The notes under the pieces are model-generated. The model was given only the letters and a program-made list of their open reading frames with translations, was not told where the DNA came from and made no database searches. Shown here piece after piece: positions 40,116 to 49,545 of a stretch of DNA of 64,000 nt (position 1 is its first letter; every line of letters starts with the position of its first letter). The DNA is taken from assembly GCA_963847815.1 (NCBI GenBank), contig CAWKBF010000003.1, positions 970,935-1,034,934 on the forward strand, in the 5' to 3' direction. Origin of the DNA: an uncultured Acidimicrobiia bacterium (GTDB lineage Bacteria > Actinomycetota > Acidimicrobiia > IMCC26256 > JAENVU01). Both the position numbers and the translations under genes were made by a program.

Positions 40116-40532
40116 ATGGCCAAGACGTTGAAGTGGCTGTTGGTGTTGATGGGCATCTCGTGCGTTGCGATCGGTGCCGCGCACTTCCTCTTCGGCATCG
40201 CCTCCGTGCCCGGCGAGGGGACGGCGGGGGCCACGGTCGACAGTCGCGAGCGCTTCTACGGCGCGGTCTTCGCCGGCTACGGCGTCGCGTGGATCTGGGC
40301 CGCTCGCCATTCGCCGATCTCGGCCACCATCGTGCGTTGGCTCGCAGGCATCTTCCTGCTCGGCGGCATCGGGCGGCTGGTGTCCCTCGCGGTGCACGGC
40401 AGTCCGAACTGGTTCCAGATCGTCTTGACCGTGCTCGAGCTCGTGCTGCCGATTCCGTTCTTCGTGTTGGCCGCAGCCGATGAGCATGACGGCAGCCGGC
40501 CGGGCGGACGAGCGCGTCAGCCCTTGACGTAG
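40116..40532 (+). CDS. DUF4345 family membrane protein
   Basis: VDSRERFYGA, GGIGRLVS, LELVLP. Confidence 0.82.
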   Translation: MAKTLKWLLVLMGISCVAIGAAHFLFGIASVPGEGTAGATVDSRERFYGAVFAGYGVAWIWAARHSPISATIVRWLAGIFLLGGIGRLVSLAVHGSPNWFQIVLTVLELVLPIPFFVLAAADEHDGSRPGGRARQPLT

Positions 40533-40864
40533 GAGAGCTTCTCCGAGACCTTCCCGTCTCGGACCCGAAAGACGTCGACGCCCCGGACGTGTCCGTCGGA
40601 CCACCGGTAGGTCCAGCACTGCACCGCACGGTCGCCCTGGACGATCAGCTCTTCGCCGTCGAAGCGCGCGGCATCGTCGCGAAAGATCGTCTCCCACGCG
40701 GCGCGCACCGCCGCGCGCCCGACGGATCGCTCGCCGTCGGGCGCGGGGCCGGTGCTCTCGAACACGCAGTCGTCGGTGGTCAGCGCGAGTGCCGCGTCCA
40801 GGTCGTGGTCGTTCCACGCCTGTCCGAAGGCCCCGAGCAGCTCACGGATATCGCCCTCGTTCAT
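40517..40864 (-). CDS. SnoaL/NTF2-like protein
   Basis: AWNDHDLD, DCVFE, RGVDVFRVRDGKVSEKLSYVKG. Confidence 0.88.
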   Translation of the reverse strand: MNEGDIRELLGAFGQAWNDHDLDAALALTTDDCVFESTGPAPDGERSVGRAAVRAAWETIFRDDAARFDGEELIVQGDRAVQCWTYRWSDGHVRGVDVFRVRDGKVSEKLSYVKG

Positions 40865-40906
40865 GACCGGGAGCTCTGCATGGCCTGCCTCCAGTTGCGC
40901 TGGTGC

Positions 40907-41332
40907 TCAGCTCTCGAGTGATGCCTCGAGCGTGATCTCGGGGACGGCGGCGAGAGCACGGCTCACCGGGCAACCGGCCTTCGCGGCTTCGGCGGTCTCG
41001 ATGAACTTCGCCTCGTCGATGCCCGGCACGCGACCCACGGTGACGAGCGCGATCGAGGCGATCGTCGGCTTGTCGTCGATGCGCCGCAGCGTGACGACTG
41101 CCTCGGTCTTGATCGAGTCGGGCGGGTTGCCGTCCTGGGCGAGCATGTTCGAGAGCGCCATCGAGAAGCAGGACGCGTGTGCGGCGGCAATCAGCTGCTC
41201 CGGGTTCGAGCCGGGGCCGTCTTCGAACCGTGACTTGAAGGTGTAGCCGCCGGTGATCGTGTCGCCGGCCGCGAACGTGCCGCTCCCGCTGGGCAGATCG
41301 CCCTTCCATTCTGCGCTTCCGTGTGCCGGCAT
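40907..41332 (-). CDS. osmC: OsmC-family peroxiredoxin
   Basis: WKGDL, SRFE, NPEQLIAAAHASCFSMAL, AKAGCPVSRAL. Confidence 0.92.
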   Translation of the reverse strand: MPAHGSAEWKGDLPSGSGTFAAGDTITGGYTFKSRFEDGPGSNPEQLIAAAHASCFSMALSNMLAQDGNPPDSIKTEAVVTLRRIDDKPTIASIALVTVGRVPGIDEAKFIETAEAAKAGCPVSRALAAVPEITLEASLES

Positions 41333-41664
41333 TGCCGCCTCCTCGTGGTGGTGCGTCGGACCGTCCGCGAGGTCGCGTGCGGGTGGACCCGACCTTAGTG
41401 AGTGGAGGTGTCGGCAAGTCCGGTCCGAGTGCTCGGCGCACGAGCCGCAATCGGTGACGGCCGCGTTCGCCAACCTCCCGGTCCTCCAACGGCCACGCGC
41501 ACATCACAGCGCCGTCGCGAAGACGCTCCAGGAATCCCGGCGCGCGCAGCCCGCTCGCGGACCCGCGTCGTGGTGACCTTGACGGCCGGGCTGAGAAACC
41601 TCTACGCATGTCGGCCGAAGGCACGATCTTGGCCGAGAGACGGAGCTCAGTGAGCGCAACCGGC

Positions 41665-42477
41665 ATGCCGCAGTCGCACCACCCGAACATCCTCGTAGAG
41701 CGTGACGGGCACGTCGCGACGGTCACGATCAGCCGTCCCGAGGCGAAGAACGCGTGCACCGGCAACATGTGGGTCTCCATCGGTGCGGCGTTCGGCGAGC
41801 TCGCGTACTCCGGCGCGCGGGTCGTGGTCCTGACCGGCGCCGGGGGTGACTTCTGTGCCGGGGCCGATCTCAGCCCACCACCCAAGGCCGAGACGCGCGA
41901 AGGCGTCGCGCAGGAACCCTCCGCCACCATGGTCGACGCGATGCGCGTGCTCAGCGAGGTCGTGCTCGCCGTCCACGACTGCCCGCTCCCGGTGATAGCG
42001 AAGGTGGACGGCGTCTGCGTCGGCGCCGGCCTCGGCCTCGCGCTTGCGGCCGACATGATCTGGTGCTCCGACCGGGCCCGCTTCTCCGCGATCTTCGCGA
42101 AGCGCGGGCTCAGCATGGACTTCGGGACGTCGTGGTTGCTGCGCCAGCGCATCAGCGTCAACCAGGCGAAGGAGATCGCGTTCACCGCGCGGATGGTCAG
42201 TGCCGCGGAGGCGCTCGACCTCGGTCTCGTCAACGCCGTCGTGCCCGCGGACGATCTCGATGCCGCCGCGCAGGACGTCGTCGACGCGATCTCGGCCGGT
42301 CCGCCGATCGCGCTGTCGATGACGAAGCGCGAGCTGAACAACGCCGGCGGCGCGTCGCTCGCCCAGGCCCTCGAGGTCGAGGCGCTCGCCCAGAGCGTCA
42401 ACGTGAACACCGATGACCTGAAGGAAGCCTTGATGGCATTCGCGACCCGCCGCCCTCCGAACTTCACGGGCCGCTGA
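41665..42477 (+). CDS. Enoyl-CoA hydratase/isomerase (PaaG-like)
   Basis: FCAGADL, PVIAKVDGVCVGAG, IFAKRGLSMDFG, PNFTGR. Confidence 0.88.
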   Translation: MPQSHHPNILVERDGHVATVTISRPEAKNACTGNMWVSIGAAFGELAYSGARVVVLTGAGGDFCAGADLSPPPKAETREGVAQEPSATMVDAMRVLSEVVLAVHDCPLPVIAKVDGVCVGAGLGLALAADMIWCSDRARFSAIFAKRGLSMDFGTSWLLRQRISVNQAKEIAFTARMVSAAEALDLGLVNAVVPADDLDAAAQDVVDAISAGPPIALSMTKRELNNAGGASLAQALEVEALAQSVNVNTDDLKEALMAFATRRPPNFTGR

Positions 42478-42539
42478 GACGCCCGCACCGGGCCGGCACA
42501 ATGCAGCGACTGTCGTCGAGCTCCTCGGAGATCGAGCGG

Positions 42540-43361
42540 CTATCGCAGCCGCCACTTCGGGCGCTTGCCCGATGCGAAGCGCTCCTGGCCGGCTTTGAAC
42601 GCATCGGCGTCGGAGCCGATCCGGGTGAACAGGTTCGCCATCTCGATGCCCTGCTGCCGGGAGACCTCGAGCGCGGTCCAGAGCGCACGCATCGTTCCCT
42701 GGATCGCGATCGGCGGTGAGTCGGCGATGACGCGCGCGGCCCAGGCCGCGCGGTCCCGGAGCTCGTCGCGCGGGACGACCTCGGTGACGAGCCCGATCTC
42801 GCGCGCTCGCTCGGCCGACATTCGCTCGTCCGCGCCGAGCAGCGACATGCGCATGATCTCCTGGAACGGCATCTTCGTGAGCATCTGGATCGGCTCGAAC
42901 GCCGCGGTCATGCCGTAGGTCACGTGCGGGTCGAAGAAGGTCGCGTCGTCGGCCGCGATGATGAACTCGACTTCGCCCAGGATGTAGAACGCGCCGCCGC
43001 ACGCCATCCCGTTGACTGCCGCGATCACCGGCTTCCAGAGGTCGCGCGCCTTCGGCCCGATGTCGCGACCCGGGTCGTCGTACATCCACTCGGTCGGATA
43101 GCCGGGGTAGTTGCCCGCGGCCATCGAGTCGGTGTTCTCGTCGGAGATCGCCTCGCCCCGGTCGATCCCGGTGCAGAACGACTCACCCTCCGCAGTGAGG
43201 ACGATGCAGCGCACTTCGTCGTCATAGCGGAGGTCGTGCCACAGGTCGCGCAGCTCTTCCTGCATCTTCATGTTGATCGCGTTGCGCACCTTCGGCCGGT
43301 TGAGCGACACCCAGGCGATGCCGTCGTCCTTCTCGAAGAGCAGTGTCTCGAAGTCGGGCAT
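42540..43361 (-). CDS. Crotonase-family protein (non-canonical catalytic residues)
   Basis: LNRPKVRNAI, FCTGID, WKPVIAAVNGMACGGAFY, FFDPHVTYG. Confidence 0.88.
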   Translation of the reverse strand: MPDFETLLFEKDDGIAWVSLNRPKVRNAINMKMQEELRDLWHDLRYDDEVRCIVLTAEGESFCTGIDRGEAISDENTDSMAAGNYPGYPTEWMYDDPGRDIGPKARDLWKPVIAAVNGMACGGAFYILGEVEFIIAADDATFFDPHVTYGMTAAFEPIQMLTKMPFQEIMRMSLLGADERMSAERAREIGLVTEVVPRDELRDRAAWAARVIADSPPIAIQGTMRALWTALEVSRQQGIEMANLFTRIGSDADAFKAGQERFASGKRPKWRLR

Positions 43362-44185
43362 CAGCGCAGCTTCCATTCGACGCGACCGCTCTTGAAGGCC
43401 TTCTGGCCTTCGGCGAAGTTCTCCCGCTCGGTGCCGAGCGACACGATCGTGGAGACCTGGGCGAGGGCTTCGCGGCGCCCGACCTCCATCGCCATCCACA
43501 CTGCGCGCACCGTGCCTTGAATCGCGAGGACCGGCGCGGAAGCAATCCGGCTCGCTACCCACATCGCCCGATCGAGCAGCTCACCCGGAGGAGCGATCTC
43601 CGAGACGAGCCCCAAGTTGTAGGCGCGCTCGGCGGAGATCCGCTCGTGTGCACCCAGCAACGCGGAGCGGAGGACTTCGCCCACCGGGAGCTTCTGCAGC
43701 AGGTGGACCGACTCGAACCCGGCGACCATGCCGTAGGTGACGTGCGGGTCGAAGAACGTCGCGTGCTCGGCCGCGATGATGATGTCGGATTCGCCGAGCA
43801 TGTAGAGCGCACCGCCGCACGCCATGCCGTTGACCGCCGCGATCACCGGCTTCCACATGTCGTTCTGCTTCGGGTTGATCGAGTCGCCCGGGTCGTTGAA
43901 CATGTACGGCGTCGAGACGCGCCCGCTGACCGACGAGGTGCCTTCCTTGCCGTCGAGGTAGCCGCCGATGGCTTCGTCCCGGTCGATGCCGGTGCAGAAC
44001 GCCTTATCGCCGGCGCCGGTCAGGATCACCGCTCGGACATCGTCATTGCTGCGCAGTGACCGCCAGACGTGCTTGAGCTCGCTCTGCATCTTCTGGTTGA
44101 ACGCGTTGTAGACCTCAGGGCGGTTGAGCGTGACGATCGCCACGCCCTCACGTTCTTCGTACGTGAGTGTCTCCATGCTGTCCAC
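43361..44185 (-). CDS. Crotonase-family protein, tandem paralog
   Basis: LNRPEVYNAF, FCTGID, WKPVIAAVNGMACGGALY, FFDPHVTYG; TGATG overlap. Confidence 0.88.
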   Translation of the reverse strand: MDSMETLTYEEREGVAIVTLNRPEVYNAFNQKMQSELKHVWRSLRSNDDVRAVILTGAGDKAFCTGIDRDEAIGGYLDGKEGTSSVSGRVSTPYMFNDPGDSINPKQNDMWKPVIAAVNGMACGGALYMLGESDIIIAAEHATFFDPHVTYGMVAGFESVHLLQKLPVGEVLRSALLGAHERISAERAYNLGLVSEIAPPGELLDRAMWVASRIASAPVLAIQGTVRAVWMAMEVGRREALAQVSTIVSLGTERENFAEGQKAFKSGRVEWKLR

Positions 44186-44250
44186 GGGCGAGGCCTTTCA
44201 CTGCGTCGGCTCGAGCGGCGCCACAGTATCGGCACGGGACCAACGGCCAA

Positions 44251-45006
44251 TCAGGACGCGACGAACAGGTAGATCGACACCGCGATCCCGAAGCCGACCA
44301 CGCAGAAGCGCAGCACCCGCTCGTTGAGCTTCCGCGCGATCGCCGCACCGAGGTAGCCACCGAGCAGGGTGGTGGGTGCAGCAACGGCGACGTACGCCCA
44401 GTGCACCGGTCCGAAGAGGCCGAACACGATGACGCTGATCGACGCGTCGAAGAGCGAGATCACGGATTTCGTGGCGTTCAGGTGACGGAGCGTGTCGTGG
44501 ATGGTCAGTCCGAGCACGGCGAGCACGATGACGCCGAGCGCACCGCCGAAGTAGCCGCCGTAGATCGTGGCGAGGAAGACCCCGAAGAGCGCTCCGACTC
44601 CGACCCGTCCGTCGGGGTCCTTCGCTTCGCGGAGACGCCGCCGGACGACCGGCTGCAGTGCCGTGAGTGCAGTCGCCGCGAGCACGAGCCACGGCACGAT
44701 GACGTCGAAGGCGCTCGACGGCGTCACGAGGAGCAGCACGCAACCCGTGACGGAACCCGCGACCGTCGCGACGAGCAGGCGGGGGAGACGGCGACGACGT
44801 TCCTTGATCTCGCTCCGGAACCCGCCCACGCCGCCGACGTAGCCGGGCCACGTCGCAACCGAGTTCGTCACGTTCGCGTCGAGCGGCGCCAACCCGGTGA
44901 GCAGCAGCACCGGGAACAGGATGAGCGACCCACCTCCGGCGATGCTGTTGATCACGCCGCACGCGGCGCCGGCCGCGGCCACCGCCGCCACGTCGAGGAG
45001 AGTCAC
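44251..45006 (-). CDS. TauE/SafE (TSUP) family membrane transporter
   Basis: INSIAGGGSLI, ANVTN, YGGYFGGALG, NATK. Confidence 0.88.
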   Translation of the reverse strand: MTLLDVAAVAAAGAACGVINSIAGGGSLILFPVLLLTGLAPLDANVTNSVATWPGYVGGVGGFRSEIKERRRRLPRLLVATVAGSVTGCVLLLVTPSSAFDVIVPWLVLAATALTALQPVVRRRLREAKDPDGRVGVGALFGVFLATIYGGYFGGALGVIVLAVLGLTIHDTLRHLNATKSVISLFDASISVIVFGLFGPVHWAYVAVAAPTTLLGGYLGAAIARKLNERVLRFCVVGFGIAVSIYLFVAS

Positions 45007-45154
45007 GACGCGGCACGCCTCGGTGGGAACATCCGGCCATGGGACCACGCCACATCAACACTTTGCCAATGCAATGACGATGACGGACGGTATTGCTCGC
45101 CGATCCGCGTAGCGTGGTGCGGATCCCCATGCGCGTGACGAGAGGTAGGTAGCC

Positions 45155-45397
45155 ATGTCCGACTACGTCATCCCTGACCCGGAGCCCAAGGAGATCGACG
45201 AGAAGCTGTCGATCGAGCTTCGGCATCTCTCGCAGAATGCCGTGCTGAAGGGCGCTCCCTCCGGCGACGAGCAGTGCGACAACTGCCTGTACTACCTCGA
45301 GAACACCGCAGACATCTCGTACTGCTGGCATCCGAAGCTGCGCATCCTCGTCGGTTCGACGTGGTGGTGTCAGTGGTGGGAGGCGATCCCGGAGTAG
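45155..45397 (+). CDS. HiPIP-like 4Fe-4S protein without a signal peptide (80 aa)
   Basis: QC41DNC44LYY-x-C57-x-VGSTWWC72QWW, i.e. C-x2-C-x12-C-x14-C; RBS-like GAGGTAGG. Confidence 0.72.
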   Translation: MSDYVIPDPEPKEIDEKLSIELRHLSQNAVLKGAPSGDEQCDNCLYYLENTADISYCWHPKLRILVGSTWWCQWWEAIPE

Positions 45398-45418
45398 CGC
45401 GGCTCGTTCAGGCCCGGG

Positions 45419-46228
45419 TCACGATGTCGGACGTCGACGTTGGGCGCTCCGACCGTGCTCCTCGGCCCGGTCGAAGACGGCCATCAGCTGCTCGGGGTGG
45501 TTGCCGAGGGCGATGATGTCGTCGGCGCCGTCCGGAGGCATGAACACCTCGGTCGAACGGTCGTCGATGGCGGTCACGATCGTCTTGGCGACGAACGCGG
45601 GGCTCACGGGATCGGCCACGAACGCGAAGGCAGCCGAATCGTCGCGTGCCTCCTGCTCCAACATCGGCGTCTCGACGGCCGTCGGGTGGACGATCGTGAA
45701 GTGGATCGGGCTCTGGCGCTCCTCGATGGCCACCGCGTGGTGGAACGCACGAAGCGCGTGCTTCGAGGCGGCGTAGCTGGCGAGTCCAGGGAAGGGGAGG
45801 AGCGCGGTCATGCTGCAGACGGTCACGATGTGACCGTGACCCTGCTCGCGAAATCGCCGGAGTGCGGCGAGCGTGCCGGTGAGCGGACCCATGAGGTTGG
45901 TGGTGATCGTCCGTTGGTGGCGCTCGACCGAAACGTTGCGGGCGAAGCCCGTCTCGACGATGCCCGCGTTGTTGATGAGGACGTCGAACGAACCGAGCTT
46001 CGCGACGGTCTCGTCCAACGCGGCTTCCCAGTCGGTCTCCGAGGTGATGTCGAGCTGGATCGCCATCGCATTCGTTCCGAGGCCGGTGGCGAGCGCCGTG
46101 GCGGATTCAATGTCGATGTCGGCGATCACCACCCGGTCACCGCGTCCGGCGAGCAGCCGTGCGGTCGCGGCGCCGATCCCGCTGGCGGCGCCGGTGACGA
46201 GATAGGTCGCGGCTGGGCGGTCGGTCAT
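45419..46228 (-). CDS. SDR family oxidoreductase
   Basis: TGAASGIG, INNAG, YAASK. Confidence 0.92.
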   Translation of the reverse strand: MTDRPAATYLVTGAASGIGAATARLLAGRGDRVVIADIDIESATALATGLGTNAMAIQLDITSETDWEAALDETVAKLGSFDVLINNAGIVETGFARNVSVERHQRTITTNLMGPLTGTLAALRRFREQGHGHIVTVCSMTALLPFPGLASYAASKHALRAFHHAVAIEERQSPIHFTIVHPTAVETPMLEQEARDDSAAFAFVADPVSPAFVAKTIVTAIDDRSTEVFMPPDGADDIIALGNHPEQLMAVFDRAEEHGRSAQRRRPTS

Positions 46229-46266
46229 CGATCGGACCCTAGGTCCCGGCTGCATACGCTGAAGCC

Positions 46267-46783
46267 ATGCGAGTCGTCGTGTTGGCAGACACCCACCTTC
46301 GACCTCGGTCGTCCCCGCTCGACGGCTCTACCACCGGGGACTCGCGTTTGCCGCCACAGCTCGAGTCCGCGCTGCGGGGTGCGGATGTCATCCTCCATGC
46401 GGGTGACGTGGTCGCCGCCGACCTGTTGGACGAGCTCGCAGGGTTCGCCCCGGTGCACGCGGTGCTGGGCAACAACGACCATGAGCTCGTCGACGCCCTG
46501 CCGGAGACGCTCGAGCTCGATCTCGGCGGTGTGAACGTCGCGATGGTGCACGACAGCGGAGCACGACAGGGCCGCGCCGCTCGGATGAAGCGCCGGTTTC
46601 CGGAGGCGAAGATCGTGGTCTACGGGCACAGCCACCTGCCCGAAGACGCCGTGGGCGAAGGCGGACAGCGGTTGTTCAACCCCGGATCGCCGACGCAACG
46701 TCGACGCGCGACCGACGCGGACCTACGGAGTGCTCGACCTCTCGTCCGGGCGGCTCCGCCGCCACCGCATCGTCTCGTTGTGA
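46267..46783 (+). CDS. YfcE/MJ0936-type metallophosphoesterase; frameshift near 46710
   Basis: ADTH, HAGD, GNND, VHD, GHSH, NPGS. Confidence 0.9.
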
Positions 46784-46791
46784 GCCTCGGT

Positions 46792-47169
46792 TCACGCCGG
46801 CGGGAGGTTGAAGGACTTCGTCCAGTCGGGATGGATCTTGATGATCTCGGACGAGAAGCCGTCGTCTGGCGGGTCGACCTCCGACAGCGCTTCCGCGGTG
46901 CCACGGATCTCGAGGTAGATCGGGTGCCACCCTTCGGACGTGTCGACGATGTCGATCACGAACGCCACGCGCGATCCCGCCTGCACGTTGCGGAACTTCT
47001 TCGTGTCGCCCATGTGCATCCCACCGATGTCGATGGTGTCGTCGGCCCGCACGAAGAACGTGACCGGCGCGTTGCCGACGACACCGTCCGGCGAGACGGT
47101 GGCGAGGCGACCGAGCTTCTGGCTGGCGAGCCAAGCCCGCTCTTCAGGACTGAAACCGTTGAACGCCAT
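46792..47169 (-). CDS. PPOX-class F420-dependent oxidoreductase
   Basis: QKLGRLATV, DIGG, KKFRNV, VAFVID, LEIRG. Confidence 0.85.
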   Translation of the reverse strand: MAFNGFSPEERAWLASQKLGRLATVSPDGVVGNAPVTFFVRADDTIDIGGMHMGDTKKFRNVQAGSRVAFVIDIVDTSEGWHPIYLEIRGTAEALSEVDPPDDGFSSEIIKIHPDWTKSFNLPPA

Positions 47170-47692
47170 GCGCGGTGCTCCCTGTCGTGAGGTCGTGACC
47201 CGAGGGTACCGGTGGCAAGAGGTGCGTCACGTCTACGTCGAACGCTTCGGCCAGGCGGGTGGCGACGATCGAACGGTGGCAGGCGTTGGGCGCGGCCTCG
47301 ACGCAGAAGAGCGCCGTCGCGCCGCTGCCGGGCATGGCCTCGACGATCGGCGCGAGATCGACGGCGTCCAGGATCTCGTGCTCGTAGCGCTCGGCGTACT
47401 CGTAGGCGAGACGCGTGCGAGAGCGCTTACCGACCCCGCGCCGGTCGTCCTCTGCGTACTGGAGCTGGCGGAGCTCGGTCGTGGGCGCAAGCTCCGGGTG
47501 GTGCTCGTAGTCGACCTCCGCCTCGCGCAGCGCGGCCTGCAGCCGCTGCGCATTGGCCCAGGAGTACTCCGAACCACGCACCCCTCGGCGCTGACGGACG
47601 TCCAGCAGCTTCACGACGCCGGCGCCCGTGAGTGCTCCGAGAAAGGCATCGAGGGTGAAGCCGTAGACGCCGATCGTGACGAGATGGGGCAT
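47144..47692 (-). CDS. DUF488 family protein
   Basis: TIGVYG, LDVRQRRG, Y-H-PELAP, LFCVE...ACHRS. Confidence 0.85.
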   Translation of the reverse strand: MPHLVTIGVYGFTLDAFLGALTGAGVVKLLDVRQRRGVRGSEYSWANAQRLQAALREAEVDYEHHPELAPTTELRQLQYAEDDRRGVGKRSRTRLAYEYAERYEHEILDAVDLAPIVEAMPGSGATALFCVEAAPNACHRSIVATRLAEAFDVDVTHLLPPVPSGHDLTTGSTAHGVQRFQS

Positions 47693-47848
47693 GCCGTGAA
47701 CCATGCCCTCGCCGCGCACCATCGAAGCGTGCGCGACGCGGCGGGAGCCGAGAAGCTCACCGATCCATCACGTTCGGCTCGTCACGCCATGATCCGTCGG
47801 GCTGAAAGTGGCTGCGTTGGCTCGAAGCAATCACGACGTGGGGGAAGC

Positions 47849-48880
47849 ATGAAGCGGTACGCAGGTCTGATCGTCGGAACGCTGCTCGTGCTCGTCGCAG
47901 CGGCGTGCGTCCCACCGCCGGTCCCATCACCGCCGGCTCCCTATCTTGATCAGGTCTACGCGAACGTGACCGTGACCTCCAAGGCCACGGGCATCGCGTT
48001 CGGCGCCGCGCCGCCGGTCGATCCGACCGTTGGCACCCCGGCTGACAAGCACGGCCGTGTCCTCGACGCGAACGGGAACGAGGTCCTGCACCTCTGGGCG
48101 GCGAACCCCGTCGACAACGTCGCGGCGAATCGCCCAGCGGTCATCTGGGTGCACGGCGGAGGGTTCGTCGGTGGCATCGGCTCGGAGTACACGCTCGCAG
48201 CGGGCGCCGGGCTCCAGTACGCGAAGCGCGGGTACGTCGGCTTCTCGATCGAGTACCGGATCGACACGACAAGCCAGTGCCAGTACGTGCAGGACCACCA
48301 GCACGACGTGCCGCTCCCACCGAACTTCGACGCGCTACGGGCCCAGTGCGCGCGCGGCATCACCGCCGCGGTGCAGGACGCGCAAGCCGCGGTCCGGTGG
48401 GTGCGTCGGCACGCCACCGAGTACCGGGTCGATCCGAACAAGGTGGCCATCGGGGGGTTCTCCGCGGGCGCGGTTACCGCGGACATGGTCGCGTTCAACT
48501 CCGACCTCGCGGGGACGTGGAAGTACAGCCCGGACGATGTTCCGACCGCGAGCTCCCGGGTACAGGCCGCGTTCGGCGCGTCGGGGTGCAACTACGACCC
48601 GACGACGATCGGCGCAGGCGACTCACCGACGTCCTTCATCCACTCGGAGCTCGATATGGCGGTCGACTATCGCGACTGTGTCGTGCCCACGTTCACCGCG
48701 GCGCGAGCTGCAGGTCTGGTGGCCGAGCTCACCTCCTACTGCGGTCAGAGCGGTCACGCGGCCAGCCTGTACCAGCAGCACATGGCTGCAACCGACGTGC
48801 AGTGGACGACGTTCCTTGCCCGGGAGCTGAAGATCTACTCGGGCCTGCGCGCTCCGAGTGCGGCCCCGCTCTGTCCCTGA
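47849..48880 (+). CDS. Alpha/beta-hydrolase (carboxylesterase-like) lipoprotein
   Basis: Lipobox VAAAC, VHGGGF, IEYR, GFSAG. Confidence 0.85.
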   Translation: MKRYAGLIVGTLLVLVAAACVPPPVPSPPAPYLDQVYANVTVTSKATGIAFGAAPPVDPTVGTPADKHGRVLDANGNEVLHLWAANPVDNVAANRPAVIWVHGGGFVGGIGSEYTLAAGAGLQYAKRGYVGFSIEYRIDTTSQCQYVQDHQHDVPLPPNFDALRAQCARGITAAVQDAQAAVRWVRRHATEYRVDPNKVAIGGFSAGAVTADMVAFNSDLAGTWKYSPDDVPTASSRVQAAFGASGCNYDPTTIGAGDSPTSFIHSELDMAVDYRDCVVPTFTAARAAGLVAELTSYCGQSGHAASLYQQHMAATDVQWTTFLARELKIYSGLRAPSAAPLCP

Positions 48881-48921
48881 GCCGCCCACGGCCCGAACTC
48901 ATGAGTCCCTACACTCGGAAC

Positions 48922-49545
48922 GTGGGTGTTTGGGGCGATCAAGTGGTGCCGCGGATGACCGACGTCATGCTCGGCAACGAGGAGGTGCGCCGTCACCGTC
49001 GGCGCGCGGTCGAGGGCCTTCGTGGTGTCGTGCTCGAGATCGGCTTCGGATCCGGCTTGAACGTAGGGCTGTATCCCGACGAGGTCGAGCTCGTGCTCGC
49101 GGTCGACCCGTCGGGCGTCGGGTGGAAGCTCGCGGCGGCGCGCATCGAATCGTCGGCGGTGCCGGTCGAGTTCATCGGCCTGGACGGTCAGGACATCGCG
49201 CGTGCCGACGCGTCGGTCGACAGCGTGCTGTCCACCTTCACGTTGTGCACGATCCCGGATGCCGCTCGTGCGCTCCGCGAGGTGCGTCGCGTCCTCCGGC
49301 CGGGCGGCGAGCTCCACTTTCTCGAGCACGGCTTGAGCCCGGATCCCGGCGTGGCGCGTTGGCAGCATCGCTGCAACGGCATGCAGCAGCGGTTTGCCGG
49401 TGGCTGCAACCTCGACCGACCGGTCGACGATCTGGTGCGAGGCGCGGGGTTCGAGATCAGCGCGCTTGATGTTGGCCCATTGCGGGGACCGAAGGCGATG
49501 CGCCCGTGGAGCTATCTCTACGAAGGCGTGGCGTTCAGGTCGTAG
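48922..49545 (+). CDS. Class I SAM-dependent methyltransferase
   Basis: VLEIGFGSGLN, FTLCTIPD, VLRPGG, LEHG, GGCNLDR. Confidence 0.9.
   Translation: MGVWGDQVVPRMTDVMLGNEEVRRHRRRAVEGLRGVVLEIGFGSGLNVGLYPDEVELVLAVDPSGVGWKLAAARIESSAVPVEFIGLDGQDIARADASVDSVLSTFTLCTIPDAARALREVRRVLRPGGELHFLEHGLSPDPGVARWQHRCNGMQQRFAGGCNLDRPVDDLVRGAGFEISALDVGPLRGPKAMRPWSYLYEGVAFRS

Noticed and set aside
41333-41664. 330-bp intergenic gap between osmC and a crotonase as a possible ncRNA or small ORF
   Set aside because: I could not support any recognisable RNA motif, strong stem or convincing coding signal.
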